A stretch of 64,000 nt of DNA, taken from contig CAVTWJ010000022.1 of the NCBI GenBank assembly GCA_963738405.1, positions 64,001 to 128,000 of the forward strand, written 5' to 3'. This DNA is from a candidate division FCPU426 bacterium (lineage in GTDB: Bacteria; Oederibacteriota; Muellerivitia; Muellerivitales; Muellerivitaceae). Made by a program: the position numbers and the translations under genes. The notes beneath the pieces were generated by a model. That model searched no databases and was not told where the DNA came from. It saw only the letters and a program-made list of their open reading frames with translations. Below are positions 1 to 8,776 of the stretch, in pieces; the first letter of the stretch is position 1; each line of letters opens with the position of its first letter.

Positions 1-1072
1 GGGGCGTACCGCCATAGGTACAAAGGTTGACGGTATCAGTTGCAGTGGAATTGTTGATTTCCACCTGCACCACCAAGAGACTGCTCGCTGAAAGGGTGTT
101 CAGGGCGAAGGAAACATGGGCGTTGGCTATGTTTGCGGTAGTCGATCCGGCGTTCGAATAGTTGGCCAGACAGGGGATGGCGGTTGCGGTAGAAGTCGAG
201 GTGGGCGTGGGGGTCGCGGTAGGGGTGAGGCTGGGGGTAAAGGTAACGGTGGGTGTAAGACTGTCCGTTGGGCTTAGTGTGATGGTTGGCGTGGGAGTCG
301 CTGTCAGGGTATTGGTCGGGGTAGGGGTTGGCGAACAGCCCCCCGAAAGAATCTCATAGGCCTGAAGTTCCGCGACCGCCGTGGTGGAAAAGGTATAGCC
401 CATGCTGTAAGCGCCTGAATTGGTGGTAGGTTTGTCATCGCCCAGGGTCGATCGGCTGGTGGCCACCTCTTCCCACCTGCGGGTTTGCCCGGTGGTGGAG
501 GTGATGGTGTACTTGGTGCCGCTGCCCTGAAAACAAAGCCCGTTGACGAGGCTGTTGGCGCTGTTGGTGTTGAGGGAAATGGAATGGAAGGTGCTGGTGG
601 CCTGGGCCGTGACCGCGGCTGAGGCGCCGAGGCCCGTGGTGTTGCTGTAATACAAAACCCCCGTGTGCATGCGGGTGGGCGCGGCGCTGAGGGTGATGGT
701 GACTGGGTTGGCGCCTGTCGCGGGGCCGTTGACATACCAGGTCTCAAGCGTGACATGGTTGGTGGCGTCGATGGTTTTCAGTTTGGGCGTCATGGCCACG
801 CCCTTGCAGGTGGCCGAGGTGATAGAGATGGCGGTGGCGTTGGGCCATTGGATGCTGATTTGGGCGAGCAACAAGGTGTTGGTGCCGCTGACGGTAAGGG
901 TGGTCGCAGCGGTGGCGGCGGTGGAAGTGAAGGACACGGCGGCGCCGAAGTTGGGCGTGCATTGGGCCAGCGACTTTAGGGGCAGGAGGCAGATAAAAAG
1001 GAAGGCCAGGAATCCAAAATTGATCCGATTTCTTCTTGTGTCTTTTGGGTAATTCTTACTCGTTTTTTTCAC
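1..1072 (-). CDS. Secreted/surface protein with repeated beta-rich domain and Thr/Pro linker (runs off window start)
   Basis: Absent from the ORF track because there is no stop in the window. Hand translation from GTG at 1072 gives MKKTSKNYPKDTRRNRINFGFLAFLFICLLPLKSLAQCTPNF..., then a linker SPTPTPTNTLTATPTPT..., then a second similar domain starting CLANYSNAG. The + strand Val-rich ORFs are its antisense shadow. Confidence 0.85.
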   Translation of the reverse strand, partial: MKKTSKNYPKDTRRNRINFGFLAFLFICLLPLKSLAQCTPNFGAAVSFTSTAATAATTLTVSGTNTLLLAQISIQWPNATAISITSATCKGVAMTPKLKTIDATNHVTLETWYVNGPATGANPVTITLSAAPTRMHTGVLYYSNTTGLGASAAVTAQATSTFHSISLNTNSANSLVNGLCFQGSGTKYTITSTTGQTRRWEEVATSRSTLGDDKPTTNSGAYSMGYTFSTTAVAELQAYEILSGGCSPTPTPTNTLTATPTPTITLSPTDSLTPTVTFTPSLTPTATPTPTSTSTATAIPCLANYSNAGSTTANIANAHVSFALNTLSASSLLVVQVEINNSTATDTVNLCTYGGTP

Positions 1073-1085
1073 AGCTAGATACATA

Positions 1086-1101
1086 GGCAACATCCGTTCC
1101 A
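1086..1101 (-). promoter_or_regulatory. Putative sigma-54 (-24/-12) promoter
   Basis: Minus strand TGGAACGGATGTTGCC fits TGGCACG-N4-TTGC (GG-N10-GC), about 15 nt upstream of the GTG at 1072. Confidence 0.5.
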
Positions 1102-1378
1102 AATACGCAAAAACACTATAGGTTTTCCGATTAACCCGATTTCACCTTTGTCTATATGATGAAATCAAAATCCATCTTAGACAAATATTGTGCACTAATT
1201 AAGCTAAAAATAGATCTTGTGGGAAATTTTTACCCATATTGGGAGACAAAATTACCGTTTTGTGACTGGTGAATGATTTGGAGGCTTTTAAGCCGAAAAG
1301 GGGTTACCCAATGGGGGATGCTAATTACCCTGGTATTTGAATAGGTATGGGTAACTAACTCAAAAGTAAAAAAATTTT

Positions 1379-1510
1379 TCACCACCAAGACACCAAGGCA
1401 CCAAGAAAACCAAATATTGATCTGGATATCAAAAACCAAAGGCAAAAAAACCTTTTCACCACCAAGACTCCAAACACTTCGGCCCGCAACCGAAGTGTCG
1501 ATGACCAAGA
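1379..1510. repeat. Two direct half-copies of the CACCACCAAGACACCAAG (9-nt period) repeat family
   Basis: tcaccaccaagacaccaaggcaccaagaaaac at 1379-1410. A second copy starts at about 1456 and is interrupted by the hairpin acacttcgg-cccgcaa-ccgaagtgt (1474-1498). Confidence 0.75.
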
Positions 1511-1609
1511 ACTACGTTAGACAGGAAAATGAAAAACAATTTCCATTAGAAACTAATCACTAAACTCAAAAGTATCGTGGGGATAAAGAATAAGTCTGGT
1601 TGGGAATTC

Positions 1610-3208
1610 TTAATTCAAATGTTCCTGGTGGCGCTTGCGCAGTTGGTGCCCGCTGACCTTATGGCGGGGCAAGGGGGACAGGTTTTTCATCTCAAGGGTG
1701 TTCTGCCCTGCTCCCAGCCGGGCGGCGGATTCCAAAGCGTCTTTCATGAACTCGCTGATGAGGATTCGGTATTCCATGTCCAGTTCCTCTTCCTCCTGGC
1801 GGGGCTCAAAGAACCATTCGGCGGCGCCCTTCCCCCCCAGAAGTCTTACGCGGTCATGGGTGCTTTTCTTCGCGTTGGGCATCAGGGGATCGAAGCTATG
1901 TTTGTAGTCCAGCCCGCCCTTCAGGTTTTCGTCTGGCATGATCACCAGCCGATAAGAATTCACCCCCAGTTCCTGGCAGGATTGGTCTACCAGGGTCAAG
2001 ACTTCCTCGCGGGACTGGGCGATGGAAAGTTTGATCTTCTGCATGGAAATAAAATGGTGGGCGATGCGGTAATGGGGGCGGTAGGCCGTGAGAAAACGGG
2101 GCGCCAGAAAATCAAGAAATCCCAAAAGGGGCAGGCCCAGCCCCAGGGCCATGGCCGAAAGCACCAGGTACCAGGAGGCCCAGCCCTTGAGGCCCATGAT
2201 GGTGGAGAGGGCGGCCAGCCCCGGAAAGAGGGAAACCACGACGGCTACCAAGATGATTCCCAAAGGCGCCCAACCCTTTTTTAAAAGCCGGTGGTGGATG
2301 TGGCCCTGGTCCGCCCGGTAGATGGGCCGGCCCCGGAAGGTGCGGCGGATGACGGAAAGGACGATTTCCAAAACCGGGTAGGCCGCGAAAAAAGACACAA
2401 TGAGCATTTGATAGTGGAAGGGCTGGAAGGGCTTCACGACCGGCCCCGCGATGAAGAGAGGTTCCTGGTGGCCCAAGGCGATGAGGGCCCCGGCTACCAG
2501 CATGCCCAAACCGCTGGAACCCGAATCGCCCAGGTAAACCCGCGCGGGCTTCCAATTGAAAAACAAAAACCCCGCGACCACTCCGAAGGCGGAAAGGCCG
2601 AGCGCCAGTTCCCCGCCGTTGTCGTAAAGCGCCGCGGCGGCGGAAACAAAGAAAAGGGACACCAGGCAAACCGACGAGGCCAGGCCGTCGACCCCATCGA
2701 CCATATTGAAGGCGTTCAATAGGCCGATGATCCAAAAAACCGTCACGCCCACCGCCAGGGCGTCGGGCATGGGATAGGCCAGGAAACCTGGAAAGTGAAG
2801 AACCTCGAAGCGGTAACCCAAAAGCGCGAATACAAAAGCCACGACGAATTGGCCCGCGATTTTGGAGCGGGCGCGCAGGTGAAACCGGTCATCCATCGCC
2901 CCCCAGAGGGCCATGACCAGCCCGGCGCCGTAAACCACCACGATCTTCATGGAAAAAACCGAGCTGGGAGTAAGCCCCAAGCCCGTACCCGCGCGCAGGA
3001 AAAGCGAGTAAAAGGCCAGGACCGCGCCCAGAGATAAGAAAACCGCCAGCCCCCCCATGGTGGCCACGGGCTGGGTGTGGATTTTGCGGTGGGCGGGATG
3101 GTCCACCAGGCCCAGCTTGAGGGCCAGCCAAATGAAAAGGGGGCTGACGGCAAGGCTGAGGGCCAAACCCATTGCCAATAGAAACCAAAGTTGATGGATC
3201 GTTTGCAT
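1610..3208 (-). CDS. MraY/WecA/TagO-family polyprenyl-phosphate HexNAc-1-P transferase with C-terminal extension
   Basis: Motifs DHPAHRKIH..P..GG, GAMDD, NAFNMVDGVDGL, FNWKPARVYLGDSG and ADQGHIHHRL; about 11 TM helices; about 170 aa soluble tail. Confidence 0.9.
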   Translation of the reverse strand: MQTIHQLWFLLAMGLALSLAVSPLFIWLALKLGLVDHPAHRKIHTQPVATMGGLAVFLSLGAVLAFYSLFLRAGTGLGLTPSSVFSMKIVVVYGAGLVMALWGAMDDRFHLRARSKIAGQFVVAFVFALLGYRFEVLHFPGFLAYPMPDALAVGVTVFWIIGLLNAFNMVDGVDGLASSVCLVSLFFVSAAAALYDNGGELALGLSAFGVVAGFLFFNWKPARVYLGDSGSSGLGMLVAGALIALGHQEPLFIAGPVVKPFQPFHYQMLIVSFFAAYPVLEIVLSVIRRTFRGRPIYRADQGHIHHRLLKKGWAPLGIILVAVVVSLFPGLAALSTIMGLKGWASWYLVLSAMALGLGLPLLGFLDFLAPRFLTAYRPHYRIAHHFISMQKIKLSIAQSREEVLTLVDQSCQELGVNSYRLVIMPDENLKGGLDYKHSFDPLMPNAKKSTHDRVRLLGGKGAAEWFFEPRQEEEELDMEYRILISEFMKDALESAARLGAGQNTLEMKNLSPLPRHKVSGHQLRKRHQEHLN

Positions 3209-3336
3209 TAAAACCTCGGGAAGCTATTTCATCACGAAGACCTTAAGGAAACCATTTAGGAAGCGGATTTATTTCTGGAAAATATGCAACTGGCCGATAA
3301 CGAATAAGTAACAAAATAAGAATTTTACAAAAGCTT

Positions 3337-3876
3337 TTACTGGTCCTCGGTGCCGAGGGACAAGACCAAGCCCGCCTTGATCCCCACGTCCTGAATGGCG
3401 TGATTCCAGGGGGTGTAGGTCTCATAAAAGGGGCCAAAATCCAGGGCGACCCTGGGGGCGATGCCCTTGAGACTGTAGCCAAGGGACACCAGGCCATGCA
3501 CATAGCTTTGAGTATCGTTGGGAAGGACGGCGGGGTTGAGATTGAGCCCGGCCGCCAGCTGCAGATAAAAATCCCCGTCGTGCTGGGACCCGAAGGGAAA
3601 AAGACGCGTTTCCAAATCCCAGGAGTCGGTATAAAAGTTCTTGTAACCGGCCAGCGTGATGCCCGTCCCAATGGATATTTTCGGATCCAGGCGCAGGTCC
3701 AGGAAAAGCTGGCCGCCCCCGCCCAGGGTTGAGCCAATCCCGCTTCCGGGGGCCGCCCCCCCGTTGCCCGTAAGGTCAATATAGGTATTGAGGAGGGAGT
3801 AGGGCTCATCGGCAAAGAGCGCCGGAGCCGATAAAAACAGCAGGGCCGCGCCCATGATCCAATGCCGGTGTTTCAT
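3337..3876 (-). CDS. Small outer-membrane beta-barrel-like protein
   Basis: Signal peptide (..SAPALFA), alternating hydrophobic/Gly strands, similar to the N-terminal half of the upstream gene. Confidence 0.7.
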   Translation of the reverse strand: MKHRHWIMGAALLFLSAPALFADEPYSLLNTYIDLTGNGGAAPGSGIGSTLGGGGQLFLDLRLDPKISIGTGITLAGYKNFYTDSWDLETRLFPFGSQHDGDFYLQLAAGLNLNPAVLPNDTQSYVHGLVSLGYSLKGIAPRVALDFGPFYETYTPWNHAIQDVGIKAGLVLSLGTEDQ

Positions 3877-3924
3877 TCCCTTCTCCTTAACTGATCTTCG
3901 GCGTGATTCAAACGAACAGGTTGT

Positions 3925-5148
3925 TTACTCTGGAGTCTCAAGCCCTTTTCCCTCGCGCGTTTTAATGGGAGGTTCGGCTTGATCCCTTGTGTCGTTTTTC
4001 CACTTCAAATAGGGATCTTCATCCAGCCACGATTTTTCATGGATGGCGTTGATCTGTGAGATTTCGGGTTTGGGCACGATTATTTTCACCCCCGGCTGGA
4101 GATTGACCGGCAGCACCAAGCGGTCTTTATTGGCGTCCACTAGGAGCGGAAAAAGATCCTCATCCCCATAAAGGTCCTGGGCGACGGAAGTGAGGGTGTC
4201 TCCCACTCTCCAAACATAAGTCGCGGGACCCTTCCATTCCCCGTCCCAGCCGTTCTTGGCGGCTTCGGAAAGGTTCTCGAAATAAAGGTAGGCCTTTTCG
4301 TTGTTGGCTTTATTGCGGGCCGCTTCCAAGAGGCCCTTGTCCGTGGGAAGGGGCGGAATGACGACCTTCAAGCCCTTCCTAAAGGGGAAGGCCGAATTCC
4401 ATAGCTGGGGATTGGCGTCCACGATCAGCGGGAAGAGGTCCTCGTCCCCGTACATTTTCGCCGAAAGGTCATAGAGGCTGTCATTGGGGTCCCAATTCGA
4501 GTTGGGATGAATTTTCCACAGGGGAATGGGTTTGGGTTCCTTGCGAAGGTAGCGGCTCTTAACCAGGATGCGGGTGACATCGCTTCCCAGGCCGAAACAC
4601 AAGCCCACCTTCACGCGCACCGCGTTGGAGGAAGTTTCATCGGGAGAGTAAAAGTCATACTGCACGCCCAGGTCCACGGCAGTATTGGTATCGACCCCTA
4701 AAAGAAAACCCACACCCCCGATGCCGTGAAAATGTCCCGGGATGGCGGTTTGCGTTTGGCTGTAATAGGGGGGAAAGTTCAAACCGGCTCCGCCCTCAAG
4801 GTAAAACTCGCCAAATTCCCTTTCGGGGAAGGGAAAAATTTTGCAGGCAAGGTCAAAGGAGCCGAAGGAAAAACCGCTGGTATTAAGCCCGATGAGATAT
4901 TCCGTCCCCACCCCTAAGGCGATTTCTTTGACGGGGCGAAAATCCGCGAATACTTGCGCGCCCATGTCGAGGGTCGGGTTGGATATTCTTTTGTAGAAGC
5001 CATAGGGAAAAAACTCTTGTCCGACCGCGTCCACCGTCAAATTCACGATGTTGGGTTTATAGTCGCCGGCCCGCAGGGGTGAACAAAAAAGCGAGCAGAC
5101 AAATACAGCAAGAAGCAATTTATATTTCATGTGGGTAACCGTTTGCAT
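3925..5148 (-). CDS. Beta-barrel domain fused to two LysM-like domains
   Basis: Signal peptide (likely start MKYKLL at 5130) and amphipathic strands, then DSLYDLSAKMYGDEDLFPLIVDANP...KVVIP and GDTLTSVAQDLYGDEDLFPLLVDANK...LQPGVKIIVP. Confidence 0.75.
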   Translation of the reverse strand: MQTVTHMKYKLLLAVFVCSLFCSPLRAGDYKPNIVNLTVDAVGQEFFPYGFYKRISNPTLDMGAQVFADFRPVKEIALGVGTEYLIGLNTSGFSFGSFDLACKIFPFPEREFGEFYLEGGAGLNFPPYYSQTQTAIPGHFHGIGGVGFLLGVDTNTAVDLGVQYDFYSPDETSSNAVRVKVGLCFGLGSDVTRILVKSRYLRKEPKPIPLWKIHPNSNWDPNDSLYDLSAKMYGDEDLFPLIVDANPQLWNSAFPFRKGLKVVIPPLPTDKGLLEAARNKANNEKAYLYFENLSEAAKNGWDGEWKGPATYVWRVGDTLTSVAQDLYGDEDLFPLLVDANKDRLVLPVNLQPGVKIIVPKPEISQINAIHEKSWLDEDPYLKWKNDTRDQAEPPIKTREGKGLETPE

Positions 5149-5276
5149 GGGTCAAATTGTAACACAGGCCTTCATTTCAAAAAGGCTCTTTTAGAATATT
5201 TCCAATTTTTGAACCATTTTTGACCGACGGATTTCGCCCGGTTTGTTGGAAAAAATATTTTATGGGACTATGTCAT

Positions 5277-6047
5277 TCAATAAAAGAGGGGGTCTTTTAC
5301 CCCCGCTTCCGCGAAACCCTTGGCCCGCAAAAGGCAGGAATCACACCGGCCGCAGGGTACCCAGCGCACGCGGCGGTGGGTGGACCTAGTGCCGGACACC
5401 CATTCCCTTTTGGAATGGGTACTCCCAAAACGCGCCCCTCGACTTGTAGTCTCGGGGCAGGGGTCGTAGCAAGAGTGGGTTAGGCCAAAGTCCACACCCA
5501 GAGATAATCCCCTGCGGATAATCTGGGATTTGGTCATGCGGATCAGGGGGGTGTGGATTTTGAACTTCCACTTCCCTTCCACGCCCTTTTTCGTGGCGAG
5601 TTTGGCCAGTTTTTCGTAGGCGCGGATAAATTCGGGCCGGCAGTCGGGGTAGCCGCTGTAATCCAGGGCATTGACGCCGATAAAGAGATCTTCCGCGCCC
5701 AAGACCTCGGCCCAGGCCAGCCCTAAGGATAGAAAAACCGTATTGCGGGCGGGCACATAGGTAGAGGGGATGCCCTGCCCCATACTTTTAAGGCTTCGCT
5801 TTTTGGGAACCGGGACCGATTTATCTGTGAGGGCCGAACCGCCGAAGGAGGTCAGGGGAACCGCCAATTCCTTGTGGATTTTCACCCCGAAGGCGCGGGC
5901 CACCTTGCGAGCCGCCTTGATTTCAACCCTGTGCCTTTGCCCGTAAAAAAGCGTGAGGGCGTAGAGCTCGAAGCCCATCTTTTTCGCGATGGCCAGACAG
6001 GTGGTGGAATCGAGCCCGCCGGAAACAAGAACGACCGCTTTTTTCAT
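5277..6047 (-). CDS. queC: 7-cyano-7-deazaguanine synthase QueC (with internal insertion)
   Basis: [37 protein letters not shown]...CGRCDSC. Confidence 0.97.
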   Translation of the reverse strand: MKKAVVLVSGGLDSTTCLAIAKKMGFELYALTLFYGQRHRVEIKAARKVARAFGVKIHKELAVPLTSFGGSALTDKSVPVPKKRSLKSMGQGIPSTYVPARNTVFLSLGLAWAEVLGAEDLFIGVNALDYSGYPDCRPEFIRAYEKLAKLATKKGVEGKWKFKIHTPLIRMTKSQIIRRGLSLGVDFGLTHSCYDPCPETTSRGARFGSTHSKREWVSGTRSTHRRVRWVPCGRCDSCLLRAKGFAEAGVKDPLFY

Positions 6048-6080
6048 AAAACCTCTTTCAACAAAAAGAACAACCCATTT

Positions 6081-6224
6081 TCACCACCAAGACACCAAGA
6101 CACCAAGAAAGGAAAACTTTTTTGGATTAAGCACAAAATGAAAAATCCGAATCATAGGGTTCGTTAGGGGCGTAACCATAACATCTTTTTTGGTTTACTT
6201 GGTGCCTTGGTGTCTTGGTGGTGA
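6081..6224. mobile_element. MITE-like palindromic element, family A (27-bp terminal inverted repeats built of 9-nt units)
   Basis: Left arm tcaccaccaagacaccaagacaccaag (6081-6107); right arm cttggtgccttggtgtcttggtggtga (6198-6224); one mismatch; AT-rich spacer; lies between queE and queC. Confidence 0.75.
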
Positions 6225-6227
6225 TAT

Positions 6228-6890
6228 TTACCTGCCTTTGGTTTCGTTCGGCCAGATGTATTTATGAAGCTGGAGGTTCAGCCGCACCGGCAGACGGTCG
6301 GCCAATATCCATTCGGCCAAATCGGACGGGCCCAAATCCCCGTGGACCCCCGAGAACAACAGGGTGAATTGACCCGCCAGGGCATGGAGCTTGATGGCGT
6401 CCTTGGCGAATTCATAATCCGCCCGGTCGGCGATAACGAATTTGATCTCATCCTGGCCCTTCACCAAATAGTCCAGGTTCTCAAGGAGGTTTCGGGAATC
6501 TTCCCCCGAGCCGGGGCATTTGATATCCATGATCTTAATGACCGCCTTCGGCACCCGGTCCATGAGGACCGCCCCGCTGGTTTCCAGCATGACCTGAAAG
6601 CCCCGATCAAGGAGCGAATCCATCAGGGGATAGACGCCTTCTTGCTCCAGCGGTTCCCCGCCGGTAATTTCCACAAGCTTAATGCCGTAGGCTTCCGCCT
6701 TGGAGAGGATTTGTTCGAGTGGGTTTACGGCCCCCTCGTGGAAGGCATAGGCCGTGTCGCACCAATGGCAGCGGAGCGAACAGCCGGTGAGGCGGATGAA
6801 CACGCAGGGCAGTCCCGCGCGGGTGGATTCACCCTGGAGGCTCAGGTAGATTTCGTTGATTTTGAGGCTGGTTTCGACAGTTGATGTCAT
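6228..6890 (-). CDS. queE: 7-carboxy-7-deazaguanine synthase QueE (radical SAM)
   Basis: INEIYLSLQGE, FIRLTGCSLRCHWCDT (CxxxCxxC), ITGGEPL, LQLHKYIW; adjacent to queC. Start moved to ATG 6890 because the track start lies inside a repeat element. Confidence 0.93.
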   Translation of the reverse strand: MTSTVETSLKINEIYLSLQGESTRAGLPCVFIRLTGCSLRCHWCDTAYAFHEGAVNPLEQILSKAEAYGIKLVEITGGEPLEQEGVYPLMDSLLDRGFQVMLETSGAVLMDRVPKAVIKIMDIKCPGSGEDSRNLLENLDYLVKGQDEIKFVIADRADYEFAKDAIKLHALAGQFTLLFSGVHGDLGPSDLAEWILADRLPVRLNLQLHKYIWPNETKGR

Positions 6891-6908
6891 GGTTCTCTTA
6901 CTTTGGGG

Positions 6909-7058
6909 TGTCGTTGCGAGAAATGCCCCGCGAATAGCGGGGCGGTTATGCCGAAGCAATCCCAGTTTAAATAGATCTTCAAAAAGGCTGACTCGAAATT
7001 CGAACTGAGATTGCCACGTCGCAAACCACCCCGATTGGGGTTGCTCCTCGCAATGACA
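6909..7058. mobile_element. RPE-like palindromic element, family B
   Basis: Ends TGTCGTTGCGAG ... CTCGCAATGACA; inner inverted pair GCAATCCCAGT / ACTGAGATTGC; internal hairpin gccccgc-gaata-gcggggc; second copy at 56606-56745. Confidence 0.8.
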
Positions 7059-7181
7059 ACATTGTTTTGAGCAAAATCTTGGACGCAGTTTATCGAATTG
7101 GAGAAAACAAAAAAAGGGCCGAAGAGGCTTTGAAAATAGTTTCTTTGATTCTGCTGAGTTGGAATTTTTTTAGGATTAACA

Positions 7182-8615
7182 CTACGGTTTAAAGACGTTC
7201 GTCACGGCTTCCGAATAGATCATGAAATAGGACTGTGAAGCGGCGCCGGTAATGTCGAAGGAAGCATTACGGGCTGTCATGGAGTAGGTGTAAGTATTCC
7301 CGGGATCGGAATAACAGGTCGCAGGGAAGGTAAAGGGCGAGTCGATGTCGCCAGTTGTATTTTCTGTCTGGTAGTAGATACCCCCCACCTTATTTTCAGA
7401 GGAGGTCGCGTAATCCGAATTCCCTTCCGGGGACCAGGTAAAGGTATCCGACCCGGTATAAGAGGGCCGACCCGGCGCCTGGAGGGTCACGGATGCTGTG
7501 CCAATGGTGGTTGCGGCCGAAATGACGTAATAGCTTCCCGGGGAATAGGGCGTCGAACCATAGAAATAACTCGCCCCCGTTGCATGGGGACTTGCGGTCA
7601 AACTGGACAAAGAGCCCGATGTTCCGAAGGAAACAGAGGCGGAAGGGTCATAGGCCCCGTTCACCGAAAGCATCATTAAGAAATTTTCAGGATTCGAACC
7701 CATATCGGTCAAATTCGCGGTGATGTAGATACCGGGGGGCGGGGTCATCGAAGGAATGGGGCTGGGAAAGGGGGTCATGACGCTGGTTCCGGTCGGGGAA
7801 GCCGTAGGGGTGCCGGTTTGGGTGGGGGTTCCAGTCGTTGTAAAGGTTTGAGTGGGTGTTCCTGGGTCGGGTACGGGAGTATTCGTACTTGTGGAAGTCG
7901 GGGTACCTGTCGGCGTGCCGGTGGGCGTGGACGTGTTCGTCAAGGTGGGGGAAGAAGTCGGGGTCGCGGTGGCCAGTGGCGTTTGGGTGATCGTGGGGGA
8001 AGGTGTCACGGTCGGTGAGTTCGTGATCGTCGGCGAGGGCGTGGGGCTGACCGTTAGGCATGGAACCGACAAGATAATCGTCGCGGGAATCTGATAGGCT
8101 CCTGAGTTCCAAACAATGTTTTCCAGCACCCCCGCCGTCTGGCAGGAGTAGCTGGGATAACTGCCGTTTGTGTATACCTGCTGGACCGTCACGCAGGCCC
8201 CAGAGGCCAGGCCGTTGGGAAAAACCAGGGTGCCGCCACTGACGGAAGGGTTGGCCGGGCTTAAGGCCGTATAGGGATAGGTTCCGTTATAACCCCAGCC
8301 GGCAAATGTGAATCCGGCGTTGTTGCCACTGAGGGTTTCCGTCACCGTGATGGGTGTCGAGACGCTGACCCCGCTGTTGCAGATATCCTCGCAAAGGGTC
8401 ACCGCCAGGTTGGTTCCGGAGGTCACGGCGCTGGAGCAATCCCTGAGGACCAGAGTTAGGCCTTGGCTCGTGCTGGTAATGACGGTGGGAATCGGGGTCG
8501 CGGTTGGCGGCGCGCCCACTTGGGGCTGGACCGGGTCAAAGGCCCTTTGACAGCCCAGCGAAACGAAACAAGCCGCCAGGGCCAATCCCAATATTGAATA
8601 TATAGAACGTTTCAT
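7182..8615 (-). CDS. Lipoprotein with central Thr/Pro/Ser-rich linker between two beta-rich domains
   Basis: Lipobox-like FVSLGC; about 110 aa of TPT/SPT repeats. Confidence 0.8.
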   Translation of the reverse strand: MKRSIYSILGLALAACFVSLGCQRAFDPVQPQVGAPPTATPIPTVITSTSQGLTLVLRDCSSAVTSGTNLAVTLCEDICNSGVSVSTPITVTETLSGNNAGFTFAGWGYNGTYPYTALSPANPSVSGGTLVFPNGLASGACVTVQQVYTNGSYPSYSCQTAGVLENIVWNSGAYQIPATIILSVPCLTVSPTPSPTITNSPTVTPSPTITQTPLATATPTSSPTLTNTSTPTGTPTGTPTSTSTNTPVPDPGTPTQTFTTTGTPTQTGTPTASPTGTSVMTPFPSPIPSMTPPPGIYITANLTDMGSNPENFLMMLSVNGAYDPSASVSFGTSGSLSSLTASPHATGASYFYGSTPYSPGSYYVISAATTIGTASVTLQAPGRPSYTGSDTFTWSPEGNSDYATSSENKVGGIYYQTENTTGDIDSPFTFPATCYSDPGNTYTYSMTARNASFDITGAASQSYFMIYSEAVTNVFKP

Positions 8616-8776
8616 CCCAAACCTTTTCTTAGTTACTGCCCGCCAAAAATCCCTTTAAATCGATAGTTATTAGAATAATTGCAAGAACCAAGCCCAAAAA
8701 CAGGCATTTATTAAAGGTTTTTAGGTGGAGATTCAGGCTTGGAGACCTAGAAGTGGCGTTTCGCTGTCAAATTTCG

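Noticed and set aside
1230..1508. 92-aa minus-strand ORF
   Set aside because: Largely a translation of repeat arms (WCLGVLVVK) in AT-rich intergenic DNA.
1379..1510. Short direct repeats as a possible CRISPR array
   Set aside because: The units are 9-nt tandem pieces, there are only two arms, no regular spacers and no cas genes.
5277..6890. queC/queE as a Dpd or QatABCD-type defence or DNA-modification system
   Set aside because: The sequences look like canonical queuosine enzymes, and no dpdA, TatD or ATPase partners are adjacent.
6891..6959. N-terminal extensions of QueE, Era (42522-42596) and HisS (56589-56696) in the ORF track
   Set aside because: They run into palindromic repeat elements; downstream starts match family N-termini.
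6891..7180. preQ1 riboswitch upstream of queE-queC
   Set aside because: No recognisable preQ1 stem with A-rich tail; the structure is explained by the family B element.
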